Translations under genes and position numbers: made by a program
Notes under the pieces: model-generated
The model's input: only the letters and a program-made list of their open reading frames with translations
Told to the model about the DNA's origin: nothing
Databases searched by the model: none
NCBI GenBank assembly: GCA_050873645.1
Contig: JBNMJE010000001.1
Location: forward strand, 4,255-68,254
Direction of reading: 5' to 3'
DNA: 64,000 bases
Source of the DNA: Succinivibrio sp.
GTDB lineage: Bacteria > Pseudomonadota > Gammaproteobacteria > Enterobacterales > Succinivibrionaceae
In this document: piece after piece, positions 30,011-41,011 of the stretch
Numbering within the stretch: position 1 is the stretch's first letter
Layout: every line of letters starts with the position of its first letter

Positions 30011-30853
30011 ATGTTAGATAGTGCTTTATATATCGTTCCTACTCCAATTGGTAATCTTGATGACATCACCTTACGTGCAATTGAAGTCTTAAAAAATGCA
30101 ACTTTAATTGCAGCTGAAGATACCAGACACTCAAAAATTCTCTTAGACAAGCTAGGGATCTCTGGTAAAAAGATGATTAGCTGTCATGATCACAATGAGG
30201 AACAGAGAGCATCTATCATTATCGATGAAGTTAAAAATGGCGGTATCGTCGCTTTAATTTCTGATGCTGGTTCTCCTTTAATCAATGATCCTGGTTATAG
30301 AGTAGTAACACTATGTTCAAAAGCTGATGTAAGAGTAGTGCCACTACCAGGTCCATGTGCCTTAATTACAGCACTTGAAGCTAGTGCATTACCTACAGAT
30401 AAATTCATGTTCTTAGGCTTTTTCCCTGTAAAAGAAAAGGAATTAACAGAAAAGGTTCAGTCACTAGAGAATGCTGACTACACTGCTGTGTTCTATGAGA
30501 CTCCACGCCGTATTGTCGATACCATGGAAATTGTAGGTAAGATTTTACCTGAGCATGATGTAACTTTATGCAGAGAGATGACTAAGACATTTGAATCTTT
30601 CTATAGATTAAAAGCAAAGGATGCTGCTTCATTTTTAAAGGCAGATCCTGACAGAACTAAAGGCGAGTTTGTAGTAGCTATCGGTTCCTTAAAACAGGAA
30701 ACATCCTCTGTTCCTGCTCCTGTAGTAAAAGCAATTTCAGAGCTGATTAAGACTTCTCCTGTAAAACAGGTAGCTAATGTCTTATCAGAGCTTACCGGTA
30801 TTAAAAAGAACGATTTATATAACCTAGCTTTAGAGCTTAAAAACAAAAGCTAG
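30011..30853 (+). CDS. rsmI: 16S rRNA C1402 2'-O-methyltransferase
   Basis: LYIVPTPIGNLDDIT, AEDTRH, ISDAGSPLINDPG, FYETPRR, KGEFV. Start reassigned to ATG 30011. Confidence 0.95.
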   Translation: MLDSALYIVPTPIGNLDDITLRAIEVLKNATLIAAEDTRHSKILLDKLGISGKKMISCHDHNEEQRASIIIDEVKNGGIVALISDAGSPLINDPGYRVVTLCSKADVRVVPLPGPCALITALEASALPTDKFMFLGFFPVKEKELTEKVQSLENADYTAVFYETPRRIVDTMEIVGKILPEHDVTLCREMTKTFESFYRLKAKDAASFLKADPDRTKGEFVVAIGSLKQETSSVPAPVVKAISELIKTSPVKQVANVLSELTGIKKNDLYNLALELKNKS

Positions 30854-30921
30854 GAATAAAAAGCTTTAGAATAAAAGTAATTAACAGTTCGAAGAGTCAA
30901 CCTTTTTCATGTATAATGCAC

Positions 30922-31296
30922 GTGAGTCGACCGGGCAATCGCTGCCGTGCACGCGTGTTTAAGATCTTTAAGCATACGGTCACTGGGGGAGGAAAGTCCG
31001 AGCTCCGAAGGACAAGGTGCCAGGTAACGCCTGGAGGGCGCAAGCCCATGACAAGTGCAACAGAAAGTAAACCGCCACTTTGTGGTAAGGGTGAAATGGC
31101 GAGGTAAGAGCTCACCGCTTTTCTAGCAATAGGAAAGGCATGGTAAACTCCACCTGGAGCAAGATCAAATAGGCTCTCTATGGTTTGGTCCGAACCGAGG
31201 GCGGGTTGATTGCTGGAACCAGCGAGCGATTGCTGGTCTAGAGGAATGGTTGCCACTGCTTAGCAGAACAGAACTCGGCTTACAGGTTGACTCATC
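30922..31296 (+). ncRNA. rnpB: RNase P RNA, class A
   Basis: GGAGGAAAGTCCGAGCTCC, GTGCCAGGTAACGCCTGG, AGTGCAACAGAAAGTAAACCGCC, GGTAAACTCCACCTGGAGCAAG, AACAGAACTCGGCTTA; P1 pairing gagtcgacc/ggttgactc; TATAAT at 30912-30917. Confidence 0.97.
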
Positions 31297-31716
31297 TTTT
31301 GGCTGATTCAAAGCCATAATCCAATCATCAAGACTAACTAATGTTCGTTAAAATCAGATTAAAATCGAACTTGCTTTAGCAGTCTGTTTTTTTTTCTTTC
31401 TCCTATAGAGAATTATTGCCTATTAATCGCTCATAAAAGACTCATTAATGGTCCATTAATATCTTTTTGCACCACAAATTGTGTATTTGATCACATCCTT
31501 ATAACAACGTAATTTTAAGCCCCAATTTGCGCACATTTTTGACTGGTTTTGTTTAATAAATTGCCTTTATTAATAAAGCGATAGATATGAACAAAAGACA
31601 AAATTAATTTTTTCTCCCACATTTTTACACACTTTATAACACCTTGAAATAAAAGCAAATTTATAAAAGTAAGCTAGATTACTTTCTTGAATTTATCCTA
31701 TGATTTGGTAAACTAA

Positions 31717-31750
31717 ATGGGTAAAAGTGGTAAATTGTGGTGAAAGTGTG
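31717..31750 (+). promoter_or_regulatory. MraZ binding boxes
   Basis: (A/G)TGG boxes at 10-bp spacing (31717, 31727, 31737) plus GTGTG at 31746, upstream of mraZ. Confidence 0.75.
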
Positions 31751-31806
31751 ATTAATCTTTCTCACAAACGACTTTAAAGGTAGTGTGATTTAGGCTTAAT
31801 TTTATT

Positions 31807-32289
31807 ATGTTTGACGGTTTGCTTTTAAGTGGAACAAGTGAAGTTTCCCTTGATTCAAAAGGGCGACTGTCTGTGCCTGCACGCTATAGAGAGATATTTG
31901 CCGATGATGGAGATGGTCAGTGCGTAGTCACTCGCTCTTTATTTGACAAATGTTTATGGTTATACCCCTCCAGTGAATGGGATAACGTAGTCTCAACTTT
32001 AGGCTCACTTCCTACTATGACTGATCCACTGTGTCGTACCATTCAGCGTATTGTTTTAGGCAGTGCAGTTTTTTGTCAGTTAGATGCCCAGGGTCGAGTT
32101 TTATTACCACCAGAGTTAAGACAGGTAAGCGAGATCAGTAAGAAAGCTTATCTTATTGGCTTTAACAACAAATTTGAGCTTTGGTCTGAAGAGAACTTTG
32201 CTCTTCAGCGTAAGGCTGATGACGATTTATTACAGCAGGCAGCAAAAGATCTTGCATCACATAGCGTGCTTGCTAATTTAAAACTATAA
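31807..32289 (+). CDS. mraZ: Division/cell wall cluster transcriptional repressor MraZ
   Basis: Two DxxxR motifs (LDSKGRL, LDAQGRV), FELWSEE; first gene of the dcw cluster. Confidence 0.93.
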   Translation: MFDGLLLSGTSEVSLDSKGRLSVPARYREIFADDGDGQCVVTRSLFDKCLWLYPSSEWDNVVSTLGSLPTMTDPLCRTIQRIVLGSAVFCQLDAQGRVLLPPELRQVSEISKKAYLIGFNNKFELWSEENFALQRKADDDLLQQAAKDLASHSVLANLKL

Positions 32290-32315
32290 ATATTTAGAAT
32301 AATAAGAATTTAATC

Positions 32316-33266
32316 ATGGCATTTTCACATATTCCTGTACTGTTAAATGAAGTCCTTGAAGGTATGAACATCAAGGAAGATGGAGTTTATGTTGATGCCA
32401 CATTTGGTCGCGGCGGTCATTCAAGAAAAATCCTAGAAAGATTAGGTCCAAACGGCAGATTATATGGACTTGATAGAGATTTGACTGCAGTAGAAGCTGC
32501 TAAAAGCATTACTGATCCAAGATTTAAAATTATCCACAGTGCTTTTTCAAATTTAAAAGAAGTTTGTGAGAGTTTAGGTATTGAAGGTAAGGTTGACGGT
32601 ATCCTTATGGATATTGGTGTTTCTTCACCTCAGATTGATGATCCGACTCGTGGTTTTTCTTTTGAAAAAGATGGTCCTCTTGATATGCGTATGGATCAGA
32701 GTGCCAAACTAGATGCTAAGACCATAGTTAATACCTATTCAAAACAGGATCTTGCCTATATCTTTAAGGTATATGGTGAAGAGAATTTTGCTTCAAAGGT
32801 AGCTTCAGCCATCGTAAGAGAGCGCGAGAAGACTCCTTTTGAAACCACACTACAGTTATCAGAATTTATTAAAAGAGTAATTGGCGGTAAGCCTACTCCT
32901 AAACACAAAGCTACACGCTGTTTCCAAGCTTTGAGAATTGCTGTAAACGGCGAGCTTGACGAATTAAAAAAAGCTCTAGAGAGTAGTATTGATGTCTTAG
33001 CAGACGATGGTCGTCTGTGTGTCATCTCTTTCCACTCTTTAGAAGACAGAATAGTAAAAACATTTATAAAAGATAAGTCTCAGGGACAAAAGATCCCTAA
33101 CGGTCTTCCAATTACTTTTGAAGAAGCCGAAAAAATGAGACTTGCTACAGCAAAAGTGGAGCCTGTAGGAGGTGCTATTAAGGCAACTCCTGAAGAAATA
33201 GCAGCCAACGTAAGATCCAGAAGTGCCACACTTAGGATCTGCAAGAGGCTTAAGAGGCTACCCTAA
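32316..33266 (+). CDS. rsmH: 16S rRNA m4C1402 methyltransferase
   Basis: HIPVLL, DATFGRGGHS, DIGVSSPQID, GPLDMRMD, FQALRIAVN, ISFHSLEDR. Confidence 0.97.
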   Translation: MAFSHIPVLLNEVLEGMNIKEDGVYVDATFGRGGHSRKILERLGPNGRLYGLDRDLTAVEAAKSITDPRFKIIHSAFSNLKEVCESLGIEGKVDGILMDIGVSSPQIDDPTRGFSFEKDGPLDMRMDQSAKLDAKTIVNTYSKQDLAYIFKVYGEENFASKVASAIVREREKTPFETTLQLSEFIKRVIGGKPTPKHKATRCFQALRIAVNGELDELKKALESSIDVLADDGRLCVISFHSLEDRIVKTFIKDKSQGQKIPNGLPITFEEAEKMRLATAKVEPVGGAIKATPEEIAANVRSRSATLRICKRLKRLP

Positions 33267-33827
33267 ATGCAACAGTCAAATGCAGTAAGAAAGCTAGAAG
33301 AGAATTTTCCAAGTGAGGCTCCTCAAATCGAAAAGAGGGAACCTCAGTTTGGTGACAGACCTAATCCACAGGCAAAACCTGTGCAAAAGGTTGTTCCTAG
33401 TGTTACTACTCAAGTAACTCATGAACATATCATTAGAATTCAGGCACCAACTGATTTATTAAGTGATGATTCAGCTCAGTTAGCTGTGCCATCATTAAGC
33501 CTTTTTGAAGGTTATAAAAAACAGAAAAAGGCCTTAGTTCCTACTATTTTAAATGACATATTCTCAAATCTTTTGACTTATGTTTTGATCCTTGTCGTTA
33601 CAACTTTAGCCGTATTAAAGGTTCATCAAGTCCAGATGACCCGTGATATGACAATACAGTATAATGAGGTTTTAAGACATAACGAGCTTCTGCATAAGGA
33701 ATGGTTAACTCTGTTATCAGATAGAGAAGCCTTAACAGAGTACTCTGTGATCCGTAAGAATGCTGACGAAAAGCTCGGTATGGTGCAGCCTAAAACTGAA
33801 GATGAAGTTGTAATCGATTTGAGATAA
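33267..33827 (+). CDS. ftsL: Cell division protein FtsL with a long N-terminal extension
   Basis: Between rsmH and ftsI; single TM then coiled coil (EWLTLLSDREALTEYSVI...KLGM). Confidence 0.8.
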   Translation: MQQSNAVRKLEENFPSEAPQIEKREPQFGDRPNPQAKPVQKVVPSVTTQVTHEHIIRIQAPTDLLSDDSAQLAVPSLSLFEGYKKQKKALVPTILNDIFSNLLTYVLILVVTTLAVLKVHQVQMTRDMTIQYNEVLRHNELLHKEWLTLLSDREALTEYSVIRKNADEKLGMVQPKTEDEVVIDLR

Positions 33828-35537
33828 ATGGCTTTAAAACAAGTTAACGATGGAAACTATAGTCGCCTACAAGTATCAACAACCAGAATAGCCATCGTAT
33901 GGTTTTCTGTAGGCTGTCTTTTCATATATATCCTTGCCAGATTGTTCTGGATACAGGTTCTTTATCCTGAAAATCTTATCCGCGAAGGTAATGCTCGCGT
34001 AGTCAGAAATTATCATTATGAGCCTCCAAGAGGTCTAATTACCGATAGAAATGGCAAAATCTTAGCTATTTCTGTACCTGTAAAATCAGTAGAAGCTGAT
34101 CCTAAATTCCTACACGAAGAAGGAGTTTATGATGATCTTTCTAAGATGAAAAAGTTAGCTACAATCTTGGAACTTGATGTTAATGAACTTTACAAAAAGA
34201 CCAAAGATCCTACACGCCGTTATGTGCATTTAAAGCACTATTTAGAGATGGATAAGGCTAAAGAAGTCCGTAAGATCTCCAAGACCGGTATCATTCTAAA
34301 TGACTCTTATCGTCGTCACTATCCAACAGGCGAGATTAACGCCAACCTAGTCGGTCTTTTAAATGGTGATGGTGTCGGTGTCTATGGCGTAGAGCAGAGC
34401 TTTAACTCATACCTGACCTCAACCTCTTCAACACAGTTAGCAAAAAAAGATCGCTACAACCACATTGTGGAAAATTTAGGTACTGTCAAAAAGGGTAATT
34501 TAGGTGGCAACTTGATGCTGAGTGTGGATAACCGCCTGCAAGAGTATGCTCATGCCATGTTAAAACAGGCTGTTGAAGAGAATGATGCTGACAGTGGCAC
34601 TGCAACTTTAATTGATGTAAAAACAGGTGAGATTTTAGCTCTTGCTAATGCTCCATCATTTGATCCAAATGATAGAAAACACTTTGACAGTACTAATGCT
34701 AAAAACAGAGTAGTAACAGATATCTTTGAGCCAGGTTCTACTCTAAAACCAATTGTGGCACTAGCAGCTTTAGAAGCTAAAGCTACTAACTGGTCAGAAG
34801 TGTTTGACACTAGACCTTTTATTGTAGATGGCAAGATGGTACGTGACTCTCATGCTATGGCTCAGGGTACACTAGCCGACATTATTCAGTATTCATCAAA
34901 TACTGGTATGGCAAGAATTTCGTTAAGAGTTGGACCTCAAAAGATCATGCAGGTTTTAACCAGATTTGGTTTTGGTTCTAAAACAGATTCTGGTCTTGTA
35001 GGTGAGAACTCAGGCAGACTTAACGAGAACAGAAAGTTCTGGTCTGAAATTGATAAGGCAACTTTAGGTTTCGGTTACGGTGTGGCAGTAACTAATCTGC
35101 AGTTAACTCAGGCCTATGCTACTTTAGCAAATGGTGGTCTGAAAAATCCTGTCTCAATTCTTAGATTAAAAAATCCTCCAAAGGGTACTATTGTGGCTCA
35201 GCCAAATCAGGTAGCTAATATGCAAAGAGCGCTTGAGACTGTAGTTTCTGAAGGTACCGGTGGCAAAGCTGCAATTGACAGATACCGTGTAGCAGGTAAG
35301 ACTGGTACTGCTAAGATTGCATCAGTTGGCGGTTACGGTAAATACTACATGTCAACTTTCGCAGGTTTTGCTCCTATTTCTAATCCACGCTTTGCACTTG
35401 TGGTCGTAATTAGTGCTCCAAAAGCTGGTAAGTTCTACGGTGGTGTGGTATCAGGTCCTGTATTTAGAGCCGTGATGTCAAAGGCTTTACAGTTATATAA
35501 CATCAAACCTGATAGAGAGAAGAACGAAAAGAATTAA
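33828..35537 (+). CDS. ftsI: Septal transpeptidase PBP3
   Basis: PRGLITDRNG, SxxK (EPGSTLKP), SSN, KTGT motifs. Confidence 0.95.
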   Translation: MALKQVNDGNYSRLQVSTTRIAIVWFSVGCLFIYILARLFWIQVLYPENLIREGNARVVRNYHYEPPRGLITDRNGKILAISVPVKSVEADPKFLHEEGVYDDLSKMKKLATILELDVNELYKKTKDPTRRYVHLKHYLEMDKAKEVRKISKTGIILNDSYRRHYPTGEINANLVGLLNGDGVGVYGVEQSFNSYLTSTSSTQLAKKDRYNHIVENLGTVKKGNLGGNLMLSVDNRLQEYAHAMLKQAVEENDADSGTATLIDVKTGEILALANAPSFDPNDRKHFDSTNAKNRVVTDIFEPGSTLKPIVALAALEAKATNWSEVFDTRPFIVDGKMVRDSHAMAQGTLADIIQYSSNTGMARISLRVGPQKIMQVLTRFGFGSKTDSGLVGENSGRLNENRKFWSEIDKATLGFGYGVAVTNLQLTQAYATLANGGLKNPVSILRLKNPPKGTIVAQPNQVANMQRALETVVSEGTGGKAAIDRYRVAGKTGTAKIASVGGYGKYYMSTFAGFAPISNPRFALVVVISAPKAGKFYGGVVSGPVFRAVMSKALQLYNIKPDREKNEKN

Positions 35538-35617
35538 GCTCAACCTTAAGTTGCAATTTCACTTTGCAACTTAAAGTAGGCTTTACAGATTTATACATAA
35601 AAGAGCTGAAGGTAAAG

Positions 35618-37120
35618 ATGAAAAAGTTAAAAGAAATCTTCCAGTACTTAGGAATTAAAAGAAAAGCTCCAGACATTGAATGTACTTCACTTGAGGTTGA
35701 TTCTCGTCAGGTAAAGAAAGGTGCACTTTTTGTAGCTTTAAAAGGCACTAAGGTCAATGGTCTTGATTATGCTAAAAAGGCTTATGACTTAGGTGCTGTA
35801 GCAGTTCTCTTTGAAGAGGGGAATACTCCATCAGATGAACTTTTAAAGGAAGTACCTGTTCCATTTATCAAGTTATCAGCTAAGAAAAGTTTAGGTGAGT
35901 TTAGCTCTTTCTTCTATGATGAGCCTTCAAAAAGATTAGGTCTTATCGGTATTACCGGTACTAATGGTAAGAGTACTATCACTCAGCTTATCGCTCAGTG
36001 GCTATCTAATACCTTTTCAACTAAATGTGCTGTCTTTGGTACCTTAGGTTATGGTTTTTTACCAAATTTAAAGAAAAGCTCTAACACTACTTTAGATGCT
36101 GTAAGACTGCAGCAGGCTTTAAACGAAATGGTAAATGAAGGCGCTCGTTTTGCTGCTTTAGAAGTCTCCTCAATTGGTGTTTGTGAAGGTCGAATTGATG
36201 GCTGTACCTTTGTTGCAGGTGGTTTTACTAATTTAACTCGTGACCATCTTGATTATCACAAGACCATGGAAAACTATGCTAAAGCAAAAGAGGACTTCTT
36301 AAGACGAGTTCCTAAAGAGAAGCTAGTTATTAACGTAGATAATGAGCAGGGCTGTAAATATGCTGATACCTTCGGCAAGTGTGTAGCCTATTCATGTAAG
36401 AGCGATTTTATGGGCTCAGTCTCATCACTTATCTACTCTCAGTATGTATGGATTAAATCTGTAACCTATAAGCCTCATGGTATTGCTCTTGAAATTGAAT
36501 CAACCTTTGGTTCAGGCAAGTGCGAAATTGGTCTGTTAGGTGGCTTTAATGTTGAGAACTTTGCCTGTGCACTAACTGTACTTTTAGCAATGGGCTATGA
36601 CTTTGACAAACTCTTACGTGGTGCTTCAAAGTTAAAGCCAATTAAAGGTCGTATGGAATGCTTCAGAGCTGAAGGTAAACCTCATATTGTAGTTGATTAC
36701 GCTCATACCCCAGATGGTGTAGAGCAGGTACTGCGCGGTGTAAGAGAACACCATCCTGACGGTAAGATCTTCTGCATCATAGGCTGTGGCGGTGACAGAG
36801 ATAAGGGTAAGAGACCTATCATGGCAATTAAAGCCTCAGTCTTCTCTGATACTGCAATTCTAACCTCAGATAACCCTCGTACTGAAGATCCTGAGGCAAT
36901 CTTACGTGATATGGCCTCAGGTGTTGGTGAGGCTAATAACGTTGTACTTATTGCAGATAGACGTAAAGCTATTGAATATGCCTTTGAAAAAGCAGGTCCT
37001 AAAGACTGCATCGTAATTGCTGGTAAAGGTCATGAGGATTATCAGATCTTTAAAGATAAGACCATTCATTTTTCAGATAGAGAAATTGCCTGTGAACTTT
37101 TAGGAGTTAAATGTGATTAG
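35618..37120 (+). CDS. murE: UDP-MurNAc-dipeptide:meso-DAP ligase
   Basis: ITGTNGKST, TNLTRDHLDYH, DYAHTPDG, DNPR (meso-DAP specificity), AGKGHE. Start reassigned to ATG 35618. Confidence 0.95.
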   Translation: MKKLKEIFQYLGIKRKAPDIECTSLEVDSRQVKKGALFVALKGTKVNGLDYAKKAYDLGAVAVLFEEGNTPSDELLKEVPVPFIKLSAKKSLGEFSSFFYDEPSKRLGLIGITGTNGKSTITQLIAQWLSNTFSTKCAVFGTLGYGFLPNLKKSSNTTLDAVRLQQALNEMVNEGARFAALEVSSIGVCEGRIDGCTFVAGGFTNLTRDHLDYHKTMENYAKAKEDFLRRVPKEKLVINVDNEQGCKYADTFGKCVAYSCKSDFMGSVSSLIYSQYVWIKSVTYKPHGIALEIESTFGSGKCEIGLLGGFNVENFACALTVLLAMGYDFDKLLRGASKLKPIKGRMECFRAEGKPHIVVDYAHTPDGVEQVLRGVREHHPDGKIFCIIGCGGDRDKGKRPIMAIKASVFSDTAILTSDNPRTEDPEAILRDMASGVGEANNVVLIADRRKAIEYAFEKAGPKDCIVIAGKGHEDYQIFKDKTIHFSDREIACELLGVKCD

Positions 37121-38492
37121 CTTTAGTTTAGGTGAACTTGCTACCTTTGGAAATTACATCCTAAAGGGACAGGATTTAGTTATCGATGCTGTAAGTACCG
37201 ATTCAAGAAAGTGTAAAAACGCTTTATTCGTAGCTCTAAAAGGTGAGAAGTTCGATGGTCATGACTATATTGAAAAGGCTATTGAAGGTGGAGCTGTAGC
37301 TGTAGTGTCATCAAAAGTCTTACCTGAGAGTATTACTTCTAGAGTAAGCGTAGTTTTATGTGATGATACTTTAAAAGCTTTAGGCTATTGTGGTTATTTA
37401 GTAAGACGCAAGAGTAAAGCTAGAATTGCCTCTTTAACCGGTTCATGCGGTAAGACCACTGTTAAAGAACTAACCCATGCCATCTTATCTATCTGTGGCA
37501 ACTGCATGTGCACACAGGGTAATTTCAATAACGACGTGGGTGTGCCTTTAACTTTATTGTCATTAACTAAAGATACCAAATATGCAGTAATTGAGCAGGG
37601 TGCAAGTCACCTCTTTGATATTGCTCATACCTGTGAATTTGTAAAAGCCAATACTGCAATTATTAACAATGTAGGTGGAGCCCACTTAGAAGGCTTTGGC
37701 TCTTATGACGGTGTTTATCGTGGTAAGTCACAGATCATAGATGATGTGCTCTCACGAGGAGGACGCGCTGCTGTGCCATCTGACTCAAAGTACTTTGAGC
37801 GTTGGAAAAGTGAGTATGCTTCAGCTTTTAGAAAAGGTTCATTAGTATCTTTTGGTACTCATGATTTTGATTTTGTGCAGTACTCAAATGTCAAAGAGAG
37901 TCTTTTTGGCATTGAGTTTGATTTAAGATCACCACTTAATGACTATAAGATCAAAATGAATGTTCTAGGTGCTCACAATGCATCAAATGCAGCTGCAGCT
38001 ACTACTTTAGCTTTAATGACTGGAGCATCTGAGGCTGCTTTAAAGGCAGGCTTAGAATCAGTATCCTCAATGCAAGGTCGTCTGTGTGCTCATGAGTTTA
38101 AAAAGATGACAGTAATTGATGACGCTTATAACGCAAGTTTCAATGCCTGTATGTCAGCTGTTGATACTCTGTCTTTATATAAAGGTCATAGAGTTTTCAT
38201 TTTCGGAGACATGGGCGAGCTTGGTGATGCAGCAGTAGAGTTGCATGAAAAGTTAGGTGCACATGCTGCAACAAAAGTAGATGAAACCTTGTGTGTAGGT
38301 CCATTGAGTGAAAATACCAGCAGATGCGCCGGAGTGAGCGGTAAGCATTTTAATTGTCATTCAGATCTCGTACAATATGCACGCGATTTATTAGATAAAT
38401 ATCCTTATGTAAGCTTTTTAGTCAAGGGCTCACACTCTATGCATATGGATACAATAAGCAAAGAACTCATCGCTCTAGGAGAGCAGTTATGA
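37113..38492 (+). CDS. murF: UDP-MurNAc-tripeptide:D-Ala-D-Ala ligase
   Basis: [42 protein letters not shown]; GTG start. Confidence 0.95.
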   Translation: MISFSLGELATFGNYILKGQDLVIDAVSTDSRKCKNALFVALKGEKFDGHDYIEKAIEGGAVAVVSSKVLPESITSRVSVVLCDDTLKALGYCGYLVRRKSKARIASLTGSCGKTTVKELTHAILSICGNCMCTQGNFNNDVGVPLTLLSLTKDTKYAVIEQGASHLFDIAHTCEFVKANTAIINNVGGAHLEGFGSYDGVYRGKSQIIDDVLSRGGRAAVPSDSKYFERWKSEYASAFRKGSLVSFGTHDFDFVQYSNVKESLFGIEFDLRSPLNDYKIKMNVLGAHNASNAAAATTLALMTGASEAALKAGLESVSSMQGRLCAHEFKKMTVIDDAYNASFNACMSAVDTLSLYKGHRVFIFGDMGELGDAAVELHEKLGAHAATKVDETLCVGPLSENTSRCAGVSGKHFNCHSDLVQYARDLLDKYPYVSFLVKGSHSMHMDTISKELIALGEQL

Positions 38493-39571
38493 TAGTTTAT
38501 TTATCAGATTATTTAAGTCAGTATATTCCATCACTAAGAGTTGTAAGTTACCTGACCTTTAGAGCTGTAATGTCCTTATTTACAGCCTTAGCAATTTCTC
38601 TGTTTTTCGGTCCTTATGTGATTAGAAAACTGCAAATGTTACACTTTGGACAGGTAGTACGTGACGATGGTCCACAGACTCATTTAAAGAAGACTGGTAC
38701 TCCTACCATGGGTGGTGTACTGATTGTAAGTGCAATCGCAATTTCAATGTTACTGTGGTGTAACCTTTCAAATGTTTATGTTTGGTATACCCTGGCTACT
38801 TTAATCTGCTATGCAGCCATCGGTTTTTCAGATGACTTCTTAAAAGTAGTTCGTCATGATCCAAAAGGTTTAAGAGCAAAGTACAAATATTTCTGGCAGT
38901 CAGCCTGTGCTATTGTTTTAGCTTGCCTAATCTATGGCTCAGCAAAGCTCCCATCAGAGACTACCTTTGTAGTTCCTTTCTTTAAAGATTTCATGCCTGA
39001 TATTGGCTTTTTGTTAATTCCATTAGCTTATTTTGTATTAACTGGTTCATCAAATGCAGTTAACTTAACTGATGGTTTGGATGGTTTAGCTATTATCACT
39101 ACTATTACAGTAGCAGCAGGTTTAGGTATTGTTGCCTGGGCAACTTCAAACGTTAACTTTGCTTCATACCTGTATATCCCATACGTTCCAAGAGCAGCTG
39201 AAATTACCATTGCATGTACAGCAATTGTAGGTGCAGGTTTAGGCTTCTTATGGTTTAACTCATACCCAGCACAGGTATTCATGGGCGATGTAGGTTCCCT
39301 GTCTTTAGGTGCTGTTTTAGGTATGATTGCCATCTTAATTCGTGAAGAAGTATTACTGTTCATCATGGGCGGTATCTTTGTATTAGAGACTGTAAGTGTG
39401 ATCTTACAGGTAGGTTCATACAAGTGGACCGGACGCAGAATCTTTAGAATGGCTCCAATTCACCATCACTTTGAGAAAGGTGGCTGGCCTGAGCCTCGAG
39501 TAATGGCCCGTTTCTGGATCATTACTTTAGTATTAGTTCTAATTGGTCTTATTACTTTAAAGATCCGCTAA
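38489..39571 (+). CDS. mraY: Phospho-MurNAc-pentapeptide transferase
   Basis: [38 protein letters not shown]. Confidence 0.97.
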   Translation: MIVYLSDYLSQYIPSLRVVSYLTFRAVMSLFTALAISLFFGPYVIRKLQMLHFGQVVRDDGPQTHLKKTGTPTMGGVLIVSAIAISMLLWCNLSNVYVWYTLATLICYAAIGFSDDFLKVVRHDPKGLRAKYKYFWQSACAIVLACLIYGSAKLPSETTFVVPFFKDFMPDIGFLLIPLAYFVLTGSSNAVNLTDGLDGLAIITTITVAAGLGIVAWATSNVNFASYLYIPYVPRAAEITIACTAIVGAGLGFLWFNSYPAQVFMGDVGSLSLGAVLGMIAILIREEVLLFIMGGIFVLETVSVILQVGSYKWTGRRIFRMAPIHHHFEKGGWPEPRVMARFWIITLVLVLIGLITLKIR

Positions 39572-39581
39572 GGATTAGAAA

Positions 39582-40919
39582 ATGAATTCACAGCTTGATA
39601 ACAAAAAAGTCGGCGTAATTGGTTTAGGTGTATCTAATATCTCTGTTATTGGATACCTGTTAAAGCACAATTTAAAGAAGTTCTCTTTATACGACACCAG
39701 AATGAATCCTCCTCATGTAGGTGATCTTCCTGTGGGAGTTGATCTGCGTTTAGGACCTCTAAATGCTGAAGAGTTAAAACAGTTTGATATGGTGGTTATA
39801 AGCCCAGGCATCAGCATTTATAACGAAGTAATTGAAGAGGTAGCTGCTTCTGGTGTTGAAATTGTAGGCGATATTGAGCTGTTTGCGCGTGAGGCAAAAG
39901 CTCCTGTTATCGGTATTACAGGTTCAAACGGTAAATCAACCGTAACCTCACTTACAGGTTATATGGCTGATGTGGCTCATATCAAGGTAGCAGTTGGTGC
40001 TAACTTTGGTGTGCCTGTATTTGATATCTTATCTGACGAGGTTGAACTCTACGTTTTAGAGTTATCAAGTTTCGAACTTGAAACTACCCGTTCTTTAAAG
40101 TTAGATGCTGCAACCATTTTAAATGTATCTGAGGATCATTTAGACAGATATCATGGCTCTATTGAAGAGTACGCAGAGGCTAAACGCAGAATTTTTGCTC
40201 ATGCAAAAACTGTAGTTGTAAACCGTGATGATAAGAGAACCTACCCTGTAGAGTCTGATTTAAAGAATCATGAGATTGTAAGCTTTGGTTTAGATAACAA
40301 AGAATATGGTCTTTTAACAGAAGGTGACGATACCTATTTAGCAGTTGACGGTAAGAAAGTACTTAACGTCAACGAAATGCGCATCTATGGTGAGCACAAT
40401 CACTTAAATGCTTTAGCATGTATGGCTTTAGCTGATGCTGTAGGTATTTCTCGTGATGCTCAGGTAACAGCTCTGCGTAATTTCTCTGGTCTGCCACATC
40501 GCTGTCAGTTAGTTAAAAAGATCAAAGGTGTGTCTTACTACAACGATTCTAAGGCAACTAATGTTGCTTCAACAGAAGCTGCTATCTCTGGTCTTAAAGG
40601 TCTGCACAAAAAAGGCATTATCCTCTTAGCAGGTGGTTTAGGTAAAGGTCAGGACTTTACTCCATTAAAGAGATATTTAGGTCATGAGGTAAGTGCTGTT
40701 TACTGCTTTGGTAAGGATAAGCAGAAGATCTTAGACTTATCTGACAAGTATTGCTTTGATGTTGAGACTATGGAGCAGGGACTGAATGAAGCTTACAAAG
40801 TAGCTAAAGAAGGTCAGGCTGTTTTACTGTCTCCTGCTTGTGCTTCATTTGATCAGTTCAAAGGTTTTGAACATCGTGGTCAGGTCTTTGTAGATTTAGT
40901 TGCTAAGTTACAAGAGTAA
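39582..40919 (+). CDS. murD: UDP-MurNAc-L-Ala:D-Glu ligase
   Basis: ITGSNGKSTV, ELSSFEL, DHLDRY, NDSKATN, LLSPACASFDQF. Confidence 0.96.
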   Translation: MNSQLDNKKVGVIGLGVSNISVIGYLLKHNLKKFSLYDTRMNPPHVGDLPVGVDLRLGPLNAEELKQFDMVVISPGISIYNEVIEEVAASGVEIVGDIELFAREAKAPVIGITGSNGKSTVTSLTGYMADVAHIKVAVGANFGVPVFDILSDEVELYVLELSSFELETTRSLKLDAATILNVSEDHLDRYHGSIEEYAEAKRRIFAHAKTVVVNRDDKRTYPVESDLKNHEIVSFGLDNKEYGLLTEGDDTYLAVDGKKVLNVNEMRIYGEHNHLNALACMALADAVGISRDAQVTALRNFSGLPHRCQLVKKIKGVSYYNDSKATNVASTEAAISGLKGLHKKGIILLAGGLGKGQDFTPLKRYLGHEVSAVYCFGKDKQKILDLSDKYCFDVETMEQGLNEAYKVAKEGQAVLLSPACASFDQFKGFEHRGQVFVDLVAKLQE

Positions 40920-41011
40920 AAGCTACAAGGGTAATTGCTAACTAAGAGTTACGTACAGGACAATCTGATAACTTACTAATAGAGTTAACTTAATCATAGA
41001 GTGAATTGACG

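Noticed and set aside
30897-31256. ORFs of 119 aa (minus) and 63 aa (plus)
   Set aside because: They overlap the RNase P RNA gene; GC-rich structural RNA produces spurious ORFs.
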